Positions 36,460-47,800 of a stretch of 64,000 bases of DNA are shown piece after piece (the first letter of the stretch is position 1; each line of letters begins with the position of its first letter). The DNA is from Saccostrea cucullata. Taxonomy: Eukaryota. The notes under the pieces were generated by a model. That model saw only the letters and a list, made by a program, of their open reading frames with translations. It was not told where the DNA came from and did no database searches. Position numbers and translations under genes: made by a program. The stretch lies in assembly GCF_032062105.1 (NCBI RefSeq), contig NW_026922202.1, positions 1-64,000 of the forward strand, written 5' to 3'.

Positions 36460-39400
36460 TCAATTTTTCCTTGAAAAGGAGAACGTTTGCTGTTTTCTTT
36501 TCTGAGTCATTTTCTGTTCTTCACTTACATTTATAGACTGTTCCCCCATGCTCATAGCTTCCTTTTTTTCCTTATCTTTAGTTTTAGCCATATTTCTCAT
36601 GATGTTCATTGGACCTAAAAATTAGCAATAGAATATGCATTCTAACTATCTATTAATTAACTAACAGGTAAAATGACATGTTCTTTTATAATCAGCTAAA
36701 CTTGGATATGCTTCTTATGGTCACTTTTTGCCAGAATCTGTAAAATAAGAGATAGTAATTTTGAAAGCAACTGGATATTGGTCCCTCCTTGAAAATACAT
36801 GTATGTATGCATATAATTTAGAGCAGATGACATTTTCTTTCACCATGTCCCAATAATATTCCTCTGTACAAAATTATTGGATATATTGCCATTATTTCCT
36901 TTCAAAAGCCATATAGTCAAATACAATCATGTAAATGTTAGAGTCCTGTATTATGGCTCATGAGTGTGCTAAGAAGAAAGCATTTTTCAATAAAGGAAAT
37001 TCCTTTATTCCTTACCCTGACTGGTACAAGAACATTTTATATCTTACATGTTAATACAAACTTCTTTAAAGATAGTAAATATCTATAAAGATATTTTAAT
37101 TTATATACAAGGTCATTATGTTAATATGTAAATTCAGCTACTAGTATGTTCTTACTAAATACTGTGTACAGGGTTATTTTTGCCCAGTGTTACTTTTGCT
37201 CTTTCATACTTGCCAACAATTTAGCCCTGTTTTAAATTCCCCCAATCACAATTCTGTTTGAAAAATCATGCTGTGTTCTTTGATTTAGGTCCCTTTTAAA
37301 TTCTGTAACTTGTGAAAGGGGCAAAAATAAAATGAGGGTGAAAATTTCCCTGTATACAGTAAATGACATGAAACACCTGATACCTTTTCTAGAAGGTTTG
37401 AACATTTCTTTGAGTCTGTGGATCCCCCTTAATCCTCCTCCCCCCATTGTGGGGTAGTCCTCTTCATCTTCGTCACTGTCCATCATGTGTCTCCTCATCA
37501 TCATAGGGTCAGGACCCCCCATCATGTCCATCATCATCATCATGTCACGGTCAGGAAACATCCCCATCGGATACCCCCGCCTACTGCTATAGAAAAATTC
37601 TTGTCTTGAAAATGTCTAAGAAAATGCAATTTAAGTGTAATTTAATCAACACAAGTATACACAATGCTTTAATTTTTTCCTAAATTCCAGTCACAATTAA
37701 ATTTCAGCTGATTTTGACAAAAAAAATGAAAGAAAAAGTGAGCTAGCTCACATACCCCACGCTCCCCCAAAACTTGACAGTGAAACACATAATGAAAGGC
37801 ACAGCTAGTGCACTTTAAATACATAGTTTAGATCAAAAAAGGCAATAATTGCAAAAAAATCTTCACATCAAAATGTCTTGCATATGAGGACATTTAAATG
37901 TGGAATGAAGTTTCTAGATAAATAATGGAATCAAAATTTCTTGGCATTATACAAATCCAAACATTAATTTGAAGTGGTTGGGGGTGGGGGTGGGGGGTGA
38001 GAAATTTTCTTGAATAATAGGCAAAACTCTTTGGGATAAAATAATGGAATATGTCCTAAATATCTGCATAGGTTGACGAAACTATGTACAACATTTTAAG
38101 AGGAGTGGTGCTGACAAACTGTTCATTGTATATTCAAAATATGGCCAAAAATCTGCAGTTGGAAAGTGTGGAAATTCCCGGAAAAATAAAGGAATGGAAT
38201 TTCCTGGTAATATGCACATCTACATATTGTGTCCTAAATATGCAAAGTTTAACGAAATTCTGTGCAGTGGTTTATAAGTTGCACTGACAAACTGTTCATC
38301 TCTATATAAAAGGTATGGCCAAAAACCTAAGTTTTTAGTGCGGGAAGTCCCGGAAAAAATAATGGAATCAGAATTTCCTGGTAATATGCATATCTACATA
38401 TTGTGTCCTAAATATCTGCAAAGTTTAACGAAATTCTGTGCAGCGGTTTATGAGGAGTTGCGCTGACAAACTTTTCATCTCTATATTCAAGGTATGGCCA
38501 AATGCCTAAGTTAATTAAATAGTGCAGAAAGTATCTAAAAAATAAATTTATCGGAATTTTATGGAATATGCAAATCTACACATATTGTGTCCTAAATACC
38601 TGCAAAGTTTGACGAAATTCTGTGCAGCGGTTTATGAAGAGTTGCGCTACAAACTGTTCAATCTCTATATTCAAGGTATGGCCAAATGCCTAAGTTAAAA
38701 AGTGCGGAAATTCCCAGAAAAATTAAGGAATCGGAATTTCCTGGTAATATGCACATCTACACATTGTGTCCTAAATATCTGCAAAGTTTGACGAAATTCT
38801 GTGCAGCGGTTTATGAGGAGTTGCGCTGACAAACTCTTCATCTCTGTATTCAAGGTATGGCCAAATGCCTAAGTTAAAAAGTGCGGAAATTCCCGGAAAA
38901 AATAAGGAATCGGAATTTCCTGGTAATATGCACATCTACACATTGTGTCCTAAATATCTGCAAAGTTTGACGAAATTCTGTGCAACAGTTTATGAGGAGT
39001 TGCGCTGACAAAAAAAAGAGGACTGACTGACTGACGGATGGACGGACTGACTGATGGATGGACGGACGGACTGACTGACTGATGGACGGGTCAAAAACAT
39101 TATACCTCTCGCAACTAGTGGAAGGGATGGAAGATTTTGCATCGTTCATTTGATTCTCTCAGTTATAATATACTTTTAAAGTCAGAGGGGATGAAAATCT
39201 CTTTGCTGTTAGTGTCATTTCATTACATGTATAAGTATGTTGTCAATATTTTACTGTACTGCACATACAAACTTTCATTCTCTGGGTATCTCAGACTTCT
39301 TACCTGCCTGGCTTTGTTATATACCCTCCCCCTGGTAAAGGATATTTCTGTTTGGCATCCCCAATGACTTTCATCAACAACTCCTGATTTTCAGGCCTAC

Positions 39401-42400
39401 AAAACAAAAATTAATTTTTCAGTATTTAGTAGTTCACCACACAAAGAAATTATAGGTCTGTTTAGCAGCGGGGTGCATTACTCTACCAGAGTGCACTGTG
39501 GAATCATCATTGTTCAAGAGGCCCTGGTGACTCATGAATTTACATTTTCACAAACAATATCTTTGTGTTTTATACCTCATTTTTTATTTTATCTCTTGTA
39601 TATACATGTTACTCATGGAATTAATTTGTCAAAATTTTGGTTGCTGTGCTAATTGACTTCCCACAAACTGAAATGATTCCAGTGACTTTCTGAATGAATG
39701 AACTATCTAGTGCATGAGCAGCACTTACTTCATCATTTCACTAAGGAGACTATACTCTGTGTGTAGCAGGGCCAGAAGGAGGACAGGATCTTTAGCTAGT
39801 TTGATGACCTCTGGGTCTAAGGTCGTAAGACTCAAAGGATTACTTTCTGGGGCTTCGTTGTTGCTTCGTAATAGCGTTTCAAACATCCTAGGATTTTCCA
39901 ATGCTTTTTTCACTCTGTAGTAGTTTCCTGTATAAGAATTACAAAATGGATTAAAATAAAAGGTAAAGAGTTTGGTATTCAAAAGTGTTCCCTTTAGGTT
40001 TGAATAAGATTTTAATATGGCTGTGTTTCTTACCACCTTTCTTTAGTTCAGTGATATGTGGATGATCCCCAAATGTTTTCTCCACTCTCCTTCTGCGTTC
40101 CGTTCGTGAAGTTTCTTGGTTTCTATGATTCCAGCTGTCAGTTTTACCGTATCGTCCTGCCCGCGCTATGTTGTCCAGTTCCTTTGCATTTGCTTCTTTC
40201 CATGCCCGTCCTCTTTCCCTTGCCATCCGCAAATGCGTTCCACTTATATTTCCCCAAAAGTCATTTCCAGGACACAAAATTTCCTTTTTAAATAACTCAT
40301 CCTCATCTAAATATTGTTTTAATTTTTTATCATCATTCAATATTGCTTTATACTTAGGATCAAGGCTAAAGAAGTTATTACAGTAATCAGTACGAGCTAC
40401 AAGTAAAGCGAGAGGGTCACGCAATATTTTCCTAAACGTCTTTTCAGCACTTGACATCTCCGATTCTTTTTTAAACAACACTGATTGTACTGGGCCCTCG
40501 TCTTCCGTTTCCATGGATTCTGATGACTGAGGGCCTTGTGAAGTGGACTGTTCTTGTGAACTTGTGGAAGCAGACGTATTTGTGGATGCTGATGAACTTT
40601 GACCTGAACCAAGCTGCTTTGGAGAAGTGTTCTGAGCTGGTTGTGGTTCATTCAGATGATCAATGTGATTGGTGTATATGTAAGTTAAATCATCTGGTGC
40701 CTGTAAAATTATAACATTTGCAAAATTATTTTAAAAGTTATTTACATGTACCAATTATTAATACATGCATACATTTCGAAATTTGGTATAATTAATCCCA
40801 TTATATCATAACAAAAAATATCTATACCAGTATGCTTCAATGGTTTTTTTCTTGGAATAAAAATATGTTTTTATAAAAATCCATATGCTTCAAAGGTTAA
40901 AAAAATTAAAGAAAATTATGATGGATTATACTCACAAAAGATTCCTTTATTTCTCTTCGAACATTTTTCATGGCAGTAACTAAGTCATGTTTGAATTCTT
41001 TATTAAATTGTTCCTCAATTTCCTTTTTTAAATCTGTAAAGTGAAAAAATTAAAACAGTTAACATACACAATTTAATGATACCTTTAAAGAGCATACAGG
41101 GCAATCTACAATTAATATCATCAATTCCAGTGAAGTGTACCATTTTGCATTACATCACATCTTATTTTGACAGCTGCACTCTGTAAATAGTACACACCTC
41201 CTAATCACAAGGTTAATGATTGGTAGTGGTAGTTTGTCCTTATCCCTGATGCTCATGCAACAGACTTTTTAAGAAAAAAAACACAAACACGAAACATAAA
41301 ACCTGAGGTTAGGAGGCATGTACCATTTACCCTGAGTGCAGCTGTCAAAATAGGTTGCAAACTTGCAACATAAAGCAAAATGGTACACTTTACTGGAATT
41401 GATAATAATAAATTTTCACCTACTTCCAAATGAAGGTCTCTGTACAGGTTTTTGGTGCCAGCATCTGGTCATTAAGTTTGTCAGAAATGGGGGACAACCA
41501 GTAGGTATAAGACTGAAGTCTGGTCGCTGTCCACTTAACACTGCTGACCGAATCAAGTCATCTCGAGCATCTGTAAATGTAGAGTGTTTTTCATAAATCT
41601 AAAATATTCATTTACATTGTATGCATTACTAAAGCTAGTAAATACAAAAAAGATTTTTTTCACCTTTGACAAAAATATCGGATAATCTTTCCACATATAC
41701 ATGTCCACAATCAGAAAACATTGTCAATGATGCATGTTTCAAAATGAAACCTCTAACTTACAGTAGAAATGACAATTTATCAAGATCCCATATCTAGAAT
41801 ATCCCTTTGACAAACAATCTTTTCTTCACTACCAATAAACGGAATTTACATATATTGCTTTGTATTATAATTTAACACATGTGCATACTTCCATAGGGGA
41901 CAGCTCCTGTCAACATCTCCCAGACACAGATTGCAAAGCTGTAGATGTCATAAAACCTGTCAGGGGGTGTGTTTATATTGCTCCACACCTCCGGAGGAAC
42001 ATGTGACACTGTACAGCGACGCCCACTGGAATCTGATTGGTCAGTTCGTCTGGTGGCTGTCATTGTCACAGTTTTCCATTCAGATAAACCAAAGTCGGAC
42101 ACCTGTCAATGTTACATCATATAATTACAAAAATATTTTAAAGCTATGGGGAATGAAAATTACCTCTCTATAAGCTTCACCTCATTATGAGCACATTCAA
42201 ATTCACTGTAAATAGGTTTACTGTATGTTAGTTTGAATATTGTTTGGTTCCCCATGATATTTTTAACATTTTGTAAAATATGGATGAATGGTTGAAACTG
42301 TAAAATGCATTCTTCACATTACATTACCCATATTTTCTCACCTTAGCATGCATACCACCATCCAGTAAAATATTATCTGCCTTTAGATCCAGGTGAAGAA

Positions 42401-42962
42401 TGGTGGGTTTGTGAGAATGAAGGAAATCCATGGCGGACGAGACCTCCATCAGAAACCTCACATACAGGGGGAACTGAGGGGAGAATTGCTTACGGAAATC
42501 AATGAGACTCCCGAGGGGCATATACTCTAAAATGAGGGAGTAATTGTCTCTCTGCATTATCAGGCCATATAAATGAAGAATACCATCATGTTCACAGAAC
42601 TCCATTAACTTCTTGGCCTCTGCTTGCAGCACATTTAAATGCCTGTATATATAAAAAGATTGGTTAAAGTTTTCTCCGTATTCAAACCATTAAATTAAAA
42701 AGTTGCTCAAGAAATATAACTGTTGTTTCAAAATTCTAAACAATATAACACTGCTCAATTTATTGAAAAAGAAAGGCAAAACCTTTTTAATGAATTCTTA
42801 CTTTTTTGGCAGTTGTCCATAGTTTATCAAGGTTTTCACTGCAACATGACCATATTCTCTGTGTTTTCCTCTGTATACTGTACCATATCCTCCCCTACCT
42901 ATTGGAAGGCTCTCTAGTTCTATCTCGCTCTCATCAACTATAGGAATGCTGACTTCAGACAT
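36460..42962 (-). CDS. RIPK-family (TKL) Ser/Thr kinase, ~745 aa; exons 42962-42802, 42642-42342, 42102-41889, 41570-41424, 41033-40936, 40700-40034, 39927-39729, 39396-39304, 37586-37384, 36614-36460 (alternative donor after 36529)
   Basis: IGRGGYGTVY, VAVK, HLDLKADNILL, SDFGLS, VPPE, DIYSFAICVWEMLTG, RCWHQKPVQRPSF; all junctions GT-AG and in frame; AATAAA at 36328-36323. Confidence 0.85.
37161..37360. mobile_element. MITE (TACTGTATACAGGG-type TIR); second copy at ~46170-46378
   Basis: ACTGTRTACAGGG...CCCTGTATACAGT termini in both copies. Confidence 0.65.
38040..39118 (+). repeat. Helentron-type element carrying a ~179-bp tandem array (~5.5 units) plus a (GACT/GACG)n microsatellite
   Basis: TGTGTCCTAAATA recurs at ~38228, 38402, 38587, 38765, 38945; microsatellite at 39021-39090. 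Confidence 0.85.
41121..41402. mobile_element. MITE with long TIRs; related diverged copy at ~35333-35632
   Basis: TCAATTCCAGTGAAGTGTACCATTTTGC ... GCAAAATGGTACACTTTACTGGAATTGA. Confidence 0.7.
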
Positions 42963-44596
42963 GGCTACAAGGATTCTGAATCGGAACAAAAACTTGTTGT
43001 TGATCATGTTGATATCAATTTTAAAAAGGACCAAATTAATTATTACACATTACAACTTTGAATTCATGCACAATGAAATGTTGAGTTACCAGAAATTATG
43101 AATTAGATTTGAATTTTAAGGTGTGCAACATATGTTCTAGTCTTGGGTTCCAGAATCCTCTAGCCTGATAAGATTTTCACAGTCCTACCAATAGCATCTT
43201 TGACAATTATACTGGTCACCTGAAAATAACATGCATCTCTTATCAAGCTACTGTTTCAGTGCTGTATCTTAACCTACATATCTCTAACTAAAATTACTTT
43301 TTAATATCTTAACTCTTATAGATGGCATATACTCTATATTAACATTATTCTGAAAGTTGTTTGGTCCAAATACCTTGACATTTATGCTACAAAATTTTAC
43401 CTGTCTAAATTTTTATTAAAAAGTGTTTAATTTTAGGTAAAATTATATTTAAGTTCATTGGATTTACCATTTGTCACGAACCTGTTTGTATTTTAAATAA
43501 AAACAGGTTTTTATAATGGCTTTAACTTTTGCCAGTTTTGGCATTTTCTTTAGTTTAACATTTTTCATCGCTTAACGAGGCCCAATCTAGTTGGATATTA
43601 CGAAAACGGAATGATAAAAAATTCTGATTCTTGGAAATAAATTTGTATGTATTATGCTAAGAAAAATTAGAATGAAATTTTGTTACATTGCCTTTATTGT
43701 AGTCAAATGGGGGCACTTTCAAGATATGGACCATTTTTCGTGTTTTTATACACAATTACATACTAAAACTCCTCAATAAACAAAGGAATTGACAAATTAA
43801 AAAAAAATAAATGATGAAATATTTTTATTTTCACATATATCATGCAATTCACATCCCTCTTTTAAAAAATGAAAAGAAAATTAGGTAGCCTTTATTGCAG
43901 TGAAAAGGGGGCATATCAAAACACAAAAATAGGACTTATTTTATCCAACTATAGCTAGTATTTTATAAGTTGCAATAGGTCAGCTTTATATAACATCAAC
44001 AAACGATTGTAATACTGTATAAGTTTCTAAAAATTAAATCATTCTTACATTATGGCATAATTTTCTCTTTATGCTCAATAAAAATGGTGCGTATAAACAC
44101 TTCAATGTTCGAGGAGAAAGACTAAAATCGTTTACTTTTGGTTACAGTTAGATTTTTTTCTAACTCACAAATTGAAATAAAACAAGATAAAATTAATGAA
44201 TCTGTTCCAAGAAATTGATACCTCAAAATAAATTATGTTTCAAAGTTGTTATTAATTTAAAAGTAATAAAACGCCAGAATGAGCCAGCTTTCAACAAGCA
44301 GTCTATAGAGCAAGAGCAAGATCCGCGAAATATTTTAGCGCAATTTGACGTCATTTTAATTGTGACGTTATTGTGTTCAATTGTGACGACAGTCAAGGGT
44401 ATTGTGACGTGTCTGAGTCGACGCTGCGTTAAAACGTATGCGCAGATCAACTAGATCGGGCCTCGTTAAAAGATAAATAAAAAATAATGCATCCAAAAAA
44501 TAGTATAATACAAACCAGTACAAATTAATGTTGTCATAAACAGTACAAGAGATCAACAAAATTGCTATCACAGTGACAGTTCCTTTCACATTGCAC

Positions 44597-44847
44597 TGGA
44601 AAATCCCCTTACCTATTTATAACTCAAGCACATATCCGTTTAGAATTAGTTTTTGGCAAAACGCATAATACTAAAAATACTTTTAATTTGAATTTAAAAA
44701 TTTGAAATGAGAGTATTTTTAATGAAATGGAAGATTACATTTTTTAATATTTCCCAATTTATTTTGAAATTAACTAAATCGTAAATTTTTGTTTATGGAT
44801 ATTTAATCTTCGTTTCTTTAAAAACGTATGTCCTTAATTTATCAAGC
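44597..44847. promoter_or_regulatory. Candidate bidirectional promoter for the RIPK-like gene (-) and NUDCD1 (+)
   Basis: Minus-strand donor ATAG|GTAAGG at ~44613 followed by kB site GGGGATTTTCC (rc 44598-44608); NUDCD1 ATG at 44848. Confidence 0.5.
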
Positions 44848-47800
44848 ATGGCGGACAAAGTAGAGTTATGCGTACGTCGTGAACTTTTGGATCCAAATTT
44901 TGACGGATATAAGCTGAGTCTTGATCCTTTGCCAACATATACATGCAAATTAGGCAATGGTAACGTTTATTTATTAACTTTATACTACTGTCATTTTCAT
45001 TTACATTATTTAAGGAGAGCAGAAATATTTTTTTCTGTAAAGATCAAAGACAGTTGGGCACAGGCGTTCGTTTCATACAATACACTAGTTTTTTGTTACT
45101 ATATAATTATAGTAATATGAAACAAGCGCCTGTACAGTTAGGCCTTGGCTTATAAACATAATGCATATGTATTAATTGAATAGGTTAAAAGAGCACCCCC
45201 CCTTTTTTTTTTTTACATATTCATTTGTTAAAAATTGGCTTTTTATAAACCAAGACCTAAATGCCTGTGATAAAGATACCATTCCTGAGAACAAGGGTTT
45301 GATTTGTAAAATTTATTTTTATGAAATGATATAAATATTGTGTAAGAATATATTAAACTGTATTAAATATGGACTTTTACTTGTTTTGGGGCCACAGTGA
45401 GCGTTGGTTAGAAAAATCTATGGGTCTTGAAAGAGGTCACCACGGAATTCCTCCATAAACCTGCAAAGAATCAGACATTTGCAAAATCGCTCCAAACAAT
45501 TATGGAGAAAATAAATGAAGTTGCATCGAAAATATCTTTCAAATTAATCAAAGAAAATCTTTATGAGATTTTGATTATTGTTATTATCACATTATCAAAC
45601 ATGTACAAATATCCTCAGATAGTGCAAAAATTCAAATAATGTTAAAATATATACTAGAGGGAATTCAGTTTTGGTTATTTCATATAAAAGGGCTTGAGTG
45701 GAGCCACAATATGGGAATGAACATATCTGAGTTTATGCTCACGAATGTACTTTGATTTGACAGGCATTGCGTTTACGTCACTGTCTGAGGACCAGTATTC
45801 CTACCATCACGCTAAGTTGTTCGGAGTCCATAATCACCTGTATGTGGATCCATGGAACACGGACTGTGTTTACTTTATTGACAGTGGATGGAGTATAGTT
45901 CAAGCCCTATCTACTGTAAGTATTTTGACTGTGTATGTGCATGTTTTTTAACAGAAAAAGGCAGAAAGTTTTCATATTCCTTCTTGTCTTGTAGTTATCA
46001 TTTTGACTCATAAAGAATCTTAATATACCAATTGTTTTTAAGTGCTCTTAACACTATATACTTCATGGTGTATTTGATGTAGTCAATACTATTCAGTGAC
46101 CATAGATGATGAACACCAATTTGTTCTATTGCTACATGCTAATTTGTGATTAATCACATTCTGGTGAAACTGTATACAGGGTTATTTTCGCCCCTTGTTA
46201 TTTTTACATTTTCACATTTGGAAACAAGTTTGCCCCATTTTGAATTCACCCAGAAAGATTTTTGTTTAGGATAGTACACTGTATACTTAGAATTCACCCC
46301 GTTTTAAATTTGCCCACTTCCGACGAGGGTGAAAGGGGTGAAAATTAAACAAGGGCGAAAATTTCCCTGTATACAGTACATACAAGTACAAGCAAATGAT
46401 TTTCTTAAATTCTTTGTGATTTTATCTTGATCATAATACATATTTTTACTTAAATCTATAAAATTGTTTTATGATACAAGGCATGATCTATAAAAGTTGT
46501 TACTTTTACCAGGGAACCAGTGTCACTGTAACTGGTAATGTGGGAATAGTTCCTGATCTGAACAGGCAGAACTCTGTGACTGGTCGACTGAATGCCGCCC
46601 TTTGTTTTGTGTCGGAGGACTTGGCTGTAGTCGGAGATGGTGCTGGAAAGCTTCATCTGTATTTCACGGGAGCTAGGAACAGTTCACAGCCCTGGAAGGT
46701 TTGAAAACATTGCTGTATTTGGTCATATCCAAGGCTTATTATAAAATCAGATTTTAATCCACTGGTATTGGTATAGTCACAGGAGTCTGAAGTTTTAATC
46801 GTCAAAAAAAAAAAAAAAAAAAAAAAGAATCCGGAAAAAAATTTTCCTACCCTTAACTAAAAAAACCCCAGGATGGCAACGTGTTTTGGGGGTACCCACC
46901 TAAACAAATAGATCTGGGCTTGGTGGAAAAATCTGCAACTAATTCAGTATTCTGGAGTGTTTGTGCTATTTATTCAAGTTAAGAAATCAAATCTGCTTGA
47001 CGACTACTGGCTGTTCATGGCCTTTTTTCCAGTTTGACAACTCATCCTGGACTCCATGCCACTAAACCGGAAGTGAACTCCGAGGTGAATATATGACGTA
47101 ATTGAAGAAAAGAACCAAAAAAAATGCATGTAAAACTTCATGTACAGTTTAATGTTACCATACGTGATCAATAAAAAGATATATTTTTCAAACAAAATAA
47201 TGCTTTATAATGGCGCTTAGTCTAACTTTTTGGCTCTTTGTCGACATGGCTTTTCAGTGATTTAAATTTGGCGCTTGTAAAAACTGAATTATCAAATTCC
47301 CTGGTACACATCGTCGTACAAGTAAGAAAAAGAATAAATAACTTTTTTAAGTTCTGTTAAATATATTTAAAATAACTGAATGAAATTACGTTGAACAATT
47401 ATTTATTTTATTTCATTTGAACAAGTTTTTAAAAACGTCAAATATACACTGCAAGATTCTCTTCCGGTTTGGTGGCATGGAGTCCAGGATGAGCTGTCAA
47501 AGTGGAAAAAGGGCTAGAACGGCCCGTAGTCGTCAAGCAGATTGAATTTTTCACATTAAATAAATAACAAAAATGCTCCGGAAACTGAATTAGTCGCGAG
47601 ATTTTTCTGGCCAAGCCCAGATCTATTTGTTTAGGTGGGTCCCCTCAAAACACGTTGCCATCCTGGGGTTTTTTTAGTTAAGGGAAGGAAAATTTTTTTC
47701 CGGATTTTTTTTTTTGACGATAAAAACTTCAGACTCCTGTGGTATAGTTTATCTATAGTGTCATAATATATTAGAACATTAAACTATTTTGTTGTATGAT

